DNA of 64,000 nt from Mobula birostris. Taxonomy: Eukaryota. Both the position numbers and the translations under genes were made by a program. Numbering within the stretch: position 1 is the first letter of the stretch; each line of letters begins with the position of its first letter. The stretch lies in assembly GCF_030028105.1 (NCBI RefSeq), contig NC_092401.1:7784984-7848983 (forward strand). The letters run 5' to 3'. The notes under the pieces are model-generated. The model was given only the letters and a program-made list of their open reading frames with translations, had not been told where the DNA came from and did not search any database. Positions 59,600-64,000 of the stretch are shown here, in pieces.

Positions 59600-61380
59600 G
59601 AGCACTACAGCACAGAAACAGGCCCTTTGGCCCTTCTAGTCCATGTTGGCCTGTTTTGGTGCCTTATCCCATCTACCCCCAGCCAGATCATAGCCCTCCA
59701 CACCCCTCCAATACCTATCTAAACTTCTCTTAAACTTTGCAATTGAACCTGCATCTGCTATTTCCACTGGCAGCTTGTTGCACATTTCCAACACCCTCTG
59801 AGTGAAGAAGTTCTCCCTCAGGTGGATCTTTCACTCGGTGACATGGGTTCCCAACCATTTTCATGCCATGGACCAATACCATTAGGCAAGGAGTCTGTGG
59901 ACCCAGGCTGTGAACCCCTGATGTATGACCTCCAGTCTTAGAAAAAGTCTGTGTGCATTCACACTATCTGTATCTCTCATTGTTTTATTTACTTCTATAA
60001 GATCTCCCCTCATTCTCCCTCATTCCAAAAAATAAAGTCTGAACCCATTCAACCTTTCCCTATAAATCAGGTCCTCAAGTCCTGCATAGTCCTTGAATAT
60101 TTTCTCTGAACTCTTCCAAGCTTATTGCTATCTTTCCATGGGTAGGTGTCCAGAACTGCATACAATACTCCAAATTTGACCTCACCAAAATCCTGATGAA
60201 GGTAGAGCAGTGGATGTCATATATATGGATTTCAGTAAGGCATTTGATAAACTTCCCCATATGAGATTCATTCAGAAAGTAAGCAGGCATGGGATCCAAG
60301 GAGACCTTGCTTTGTGGAGCAAGATTGGCTTGCCAACAGAAAGCAGAGTGGTTGTAGATGGTACAAATTCTGCATGAAGGTCGATGGTCAGAGGTGTTTT
60401 GCAGGGATCTGTTCTGGGTCCCCTCCTCTTTGTGATTTTTTTAATAAATGACCTGGATGAGAGAGTAGAAAGGTGTGCTAGTAAGTTTGCTGATGACTCA
60501 AAGGTTGGGGTGTTGTGGATAGTCTGGAGGGTTGTCAGAGGTAACAGTGGGGTATCGATAGAATGCAGACCTAGGCTGAGAAGTTGCAGATGGGGTTCAA
60601 TCTTGATAAGTGTGAAGTGGTTCATTTTGGTAGGTCAAATTTGAAGACAGAATATAATATTAATGGTAATACTTTTGGCATTGTAGAGGATCAGCAAGAT
60701 CTTGGGATTGTGTCCATAGAACAATCAAAGCTGCTGCGCAAGTTGACAGTGTTGTTAAGAAAGCAAATGGTGTGTTGGCCTTCATCAACCATGGGATTGA
60801 GTTCACGAGCTATGAGGTAATGTTACAGCTATATAGGACCTTAATTAGACCCCATTTGGAGTATTGTGTTCAGTACTGGTCACCTCACTGCAGGAAGGTA
60901 TGTGGATACTATAGAGAAGGGTCAGAGGAAATTTACAAGGATGTTGCCTGAATTGGAGAGCATGCCTTATGAGAATAGATTGAATGAACTTGGCCCTTTC
61001 TCCTTGGAGCAACAGAGGATGAGAGGTGATCTAATAAGAGGCATTGATCATGTGGACAGCTAGATGCTTTTTCGCAGGGCTGAAGGGCTAACCCAGGGGG
61101 GCGTAGTTTCAAGGTACATGGAAGTAGGTGCAGAGGGGTGTCAGAGGTAGATTTTTCAACAGAGAGTGGTGGGTGCGTGGAATGCACTGCCGTTGGCAGT
61201 GGTGGAAGTGGATACAATAGGGTATTTTAAGAGACTCTTAAGTAGGTACATGGAGCTTAGAAAAGTAGAGGGCTTTGTGGTAGGAAATTCTAAGCAGTTT
61301 CTAGAGGAGGTTACGTGGTCTGCACAACATTGTGGGCCGAAGGGCCTGTAATGTGCTGTAAATTCCTATGTTCTATGTTC
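59600..61380. mobile_element. Two CR1 fragments back to back (- 59600-60190, + 60190-61380)
   Basis: VRSNLEYCMQFW (-); GVLQGSVLGPLLFVI, KFADDSKVG, tail ctatgttctatgttc (+). Confidence 0.85.
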
Positions 61381-61769
61381 TTCTACAACTTTAATATTAC
61401 ATCCTAACTACTATACTCAGTGCTCTGATTTATGAGGGCCATTGAGCTAAAAGCTCACTTTATGACCCCATGTACTTGTGACGCCACTTTCAAGGATTAT
61501 CAATCTGATAATTTGCTGATCCCTTTGTTGTACACTCCTCACTATGTAAGTCCTATTCTGGTTTGTCCTCCCAAAGTGCAACACCTCACACTTGTCTACA
61601 TTAAATTCCATCTGCCGCTTCTCAGTCTATTTTTCCAACAGGTCCAGATCACACTGCATACTTTGATGTCCAGCATCTTGGGATGTCATCCACAAATTTT
61701 GATCCACTTTACCACATTATCATCTAAATGTTTAATATGTATATATATTTATTGATTGAGATACAGTGT

Positions 61770-63130
61770 GGAGTAGTCTCTTAAGGCCCTTCGAGCCACA
61801 CCATCCAGCAACCCCCAATTTAACCCCAGGCTAATCACGGGAAAATTTACAATGACCAAATACCCCACCAACAGTGTGCGTTTGAACAATTTACAATGAC
61901 CCTACCACCAGTGTGTTTGGACAATTTACAATGACCCTACCACCAGTGTGTTTGGACAATTTACAATGACTCTACCACCGGTGTGTGTTTGGACAATTTA
62001 CGTAGAAACATAGAAAATAGATGCAGGAGTACATTCGGCCCTTCGAGCCTGCACCACCATTCAGTATGATCATGGCTAATCATCCAACTCAGAACCCTGT
62101 ACCAGCCTTCCATCCATACCCCCTGATCCCTTTAGCCACAAGGACCATATCTAACTCCCTCTTAAATATAGCCAATGAACTGGCCTCAATTGTTTCCTGT
62201 GGCAGAGAATTCCACAGATTCACCACTCACTGTGTGAAGAAGTTTTTCCTAATCTCAGTCCTAAAAGGCTTCCCCTTTATCCTCAAACTGTAACCCCTTG
62301 TTCTGGACTTCCCCAACATCAGGAACAATCTTCCTGCATCTAGCCTGTCCAATCTCTTTAGGATTTTATAGGATTCGATAAGATCCCCCCTCAATCTTCT
62401 AAATTCCAACGATTATAAGCCTAGTCGATCCAGTCTTTCATCATATGAAAGTCCTGCTATCCCAGGAATCAATCTGGTGAACCTTCTTTGTACTCCCTCT
62501 ATGGCAAGGATGTCTTTCCTCAGATTAGGGGACCAAAAGTGCACACAATACTCCAGGTGTGGTCTCACCAAGGCCTTGTACAGCTGCAGTAGTACCTCCC
62601 TGATCCTGTACTCGAATCCTCTTGCTATGAATGCCAGCATACCATTGGCCTTTTTCACTGCCTGCTGTACCCGCATGCCCACTTTCAATGACTGGTGTAT
62701 AATGACACCCAGGTCTCGTTGCACCTCCCCTTTTCCTAATCAGCCACCATTCAAATAATAATCTGTTTTCCTGTTTTTGCCACCAAAGTGGGATAACCTC
62801 ACATTTATCCACATTAAATTGCATCTGCCATGAATTTGCCCACACCTAACCTATCCAAGTCACCCTGCATACTCTTAGCATCCTCCTCACAGCTAACACT
62901 GCCGCCCAGCTTCGTGTCATCTGCAAACTTGGAGATGCTGCATTTAATTCCCTCATCTAAGTCATTAATATATATTTAAACAACTGTGGTCCCAGCACTG
63001 AACCTTGCGGTGCCCCACTAGTCACTGCTTACAATGACTCTACCACTGGTGTGTGTTTGTACAATTTACAATGACTCTACCACCGGTATGTGTTTGGACT
63101 GTGGAAGGAAACCAAAGCGCCTGGAAAAAC
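61770..63130 (-). repeat. V-SINE whose internal segment expanded into a 35-37-bp minisatellite (~6 copies), split by a CR1
   Basis: Unit acaatttacaatgac(c/t)ctaccacc(a/g)gtgtgtttgg at 61885-62001 and 63029-63100; SINE V domain resumes at ttggactgtggaaggaaacc. Confidence 0.85.
62002..63028 (-). mobile_element. 5'-truncated CR1 with a 4-bp TSD (TTAC)
   Basis: [38 protein letters not shown]; TTAC at 61998-62001 and 63029-63032. Confidence 0.9.
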
Positions 63131-63499
63131 AAGAATAGTGCAGAAGCGACTAACTGGGCCAGTCAAGGTGAAAAAGTTGAGCAAAGTTCAAAGTAAAATT
63201 TATTATCAAGGTACATATATGACAATATGTACAACCCAGAGATCCATTTCCTTGTGGGCATGCTCAATACATCTTTAGAATAATAACCAAAACAGAATCA
63301 ATGAAGACTACACCAACTTGGGAGTTGAATAAGTGTGCAAAAGACAACAAACTGCAAATACAAAAAGAAAAATAAATAATAATAATAAAAAAATATGTAA
63401 GCAGTAAGTATTGAGAACAAGAGATGAAGAGTCTTTGAAAGTGAGTCCATTGGTTGTGGGAAGATTTCAATGATGGGGCAAGTGAAGTTATTCCCTCTG

Positions 63500-63834
63500 T
63501 GTCAGTACGCCCAGTTGAAATTGGTCTTTTTGTATGTTTTCCCCCATAGCCGTCAGTCTGTGGTTTTGTATTGCCATGTGCCCTTGTTTGTTTTCATGCC
63601 CCATGTGCTCCTGTCCCCACTCCTTCTCTACTCCAGCCCCTGTATTACTGAGTACTCTGCCTCTCACTGTTTCTCATTATTACCTGTTTTGCTTTCACTT
63701 CTATCTCATTGTGCTCCACCTATCATCTGCCTCTCTGTTTATTGCTCAGTGTATTTCAGTCCTGTGTTTTCACCTGTTTGTTGCCAGATTGTGCCAGTGA
63801 GTTTTCCTGAGCCTTTCCAGCATTCGATTCTGAA
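63500..63834 (+). mobile_element. Truncated solo LTR of the same family as 30847-31277 / 35167-35650
   Basis: Starts TGTCAGTAC; ORF-track translations (APVLLSTL..., LHLSSASLFIAQCISVLCFHLFVARLCQ) match those from the intron-2 LTRs. Confidence 0.85.
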
Positions 63835-63939
63835 CGGAGGCAAAGACAAGACAGATCCCCCTGTGGGGCAATGGCAAAACAGCCTGACTTACCCCACAGA
63901 GGCAAGGACAAGAAGAGAAAAACACCAAAGAATGACAAC

Positions 63940-64000
63940 AACAGGAATTCTGCAGATGCTGGAAATTCAAGCAACACACATAAAAGTTGCTGGTGAACGC
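63940..64000 (-). mobile_element. 3' terminus of another Penelope copy, running off the window
   Basis: acacacataaaagttgctggtgaacgc matches acacacatcaaagttgctggtgaacac at 50258-50284. Confidence 0.8.

Noticed and set aside
61885-63100. 35-37-bp repeats superficially like a CRISPR array
   Set aside because: Head-to-tail units with no unique spacers, SINE-derived, in eukaryotic DNA with no cas genes.

Overview
Eukaryotic (vertebrate) genomic DNA. The repeat complement (abundant CR1, V-SINE/HE1-like SINEs, Penelope tails) suggests a cartilaginous fish; this is inference. The main gene is a plus-strand ICAM/VCAM-family immunoglobulin-superfamily adhesion molecule, which I assembled by hand: a signal-peptide exon (26998-27049), Ig exons at 29910-30185, 37921-38232, 39905-40198, 45456-45700 and 47920-48201, and a TM/cytoplasmic exon (53862-54070). 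All introns are phase 1. The fourth Ig exon is disabled at its 3' end (in-frame TAA and no usable GT donor), predicting either a 474-aa membrane form by exon skipping or a 392-aa secreted form. The first ~900 bp are an inverted paralogous copy of the same gene's 5' end (promoter, exon 1, intron 1), so this is a head-to-head ICAM-like cluster. Most of the remainder is transposon-derived: a near-full-length CR1 with two open ORFs nested in a Tigger element, two chromovirus Gypsy elements (one with both LTRs and a 5-bp TSD), RTE and L2/Rex fragments, MITEs and SINEs. There is also a nearly complete Penelope-like element (RT plus GIY-YIG) with a 9-bp TSD whose 3' tail folds into a minimal type I hammerhead ribozyme; about a dozen decayed copies of that tail are scattered through the window, including a palindromic dimer. 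Downstream lie a CpG-island promoter facing the gene's 3' end and a candidate minus-strand TM exon with an intramembrane lysine. No CRISPR, rRNA or true tRNA genes were found. Boundaries of degenerate repeats are approximate and all alignments were done by eye.
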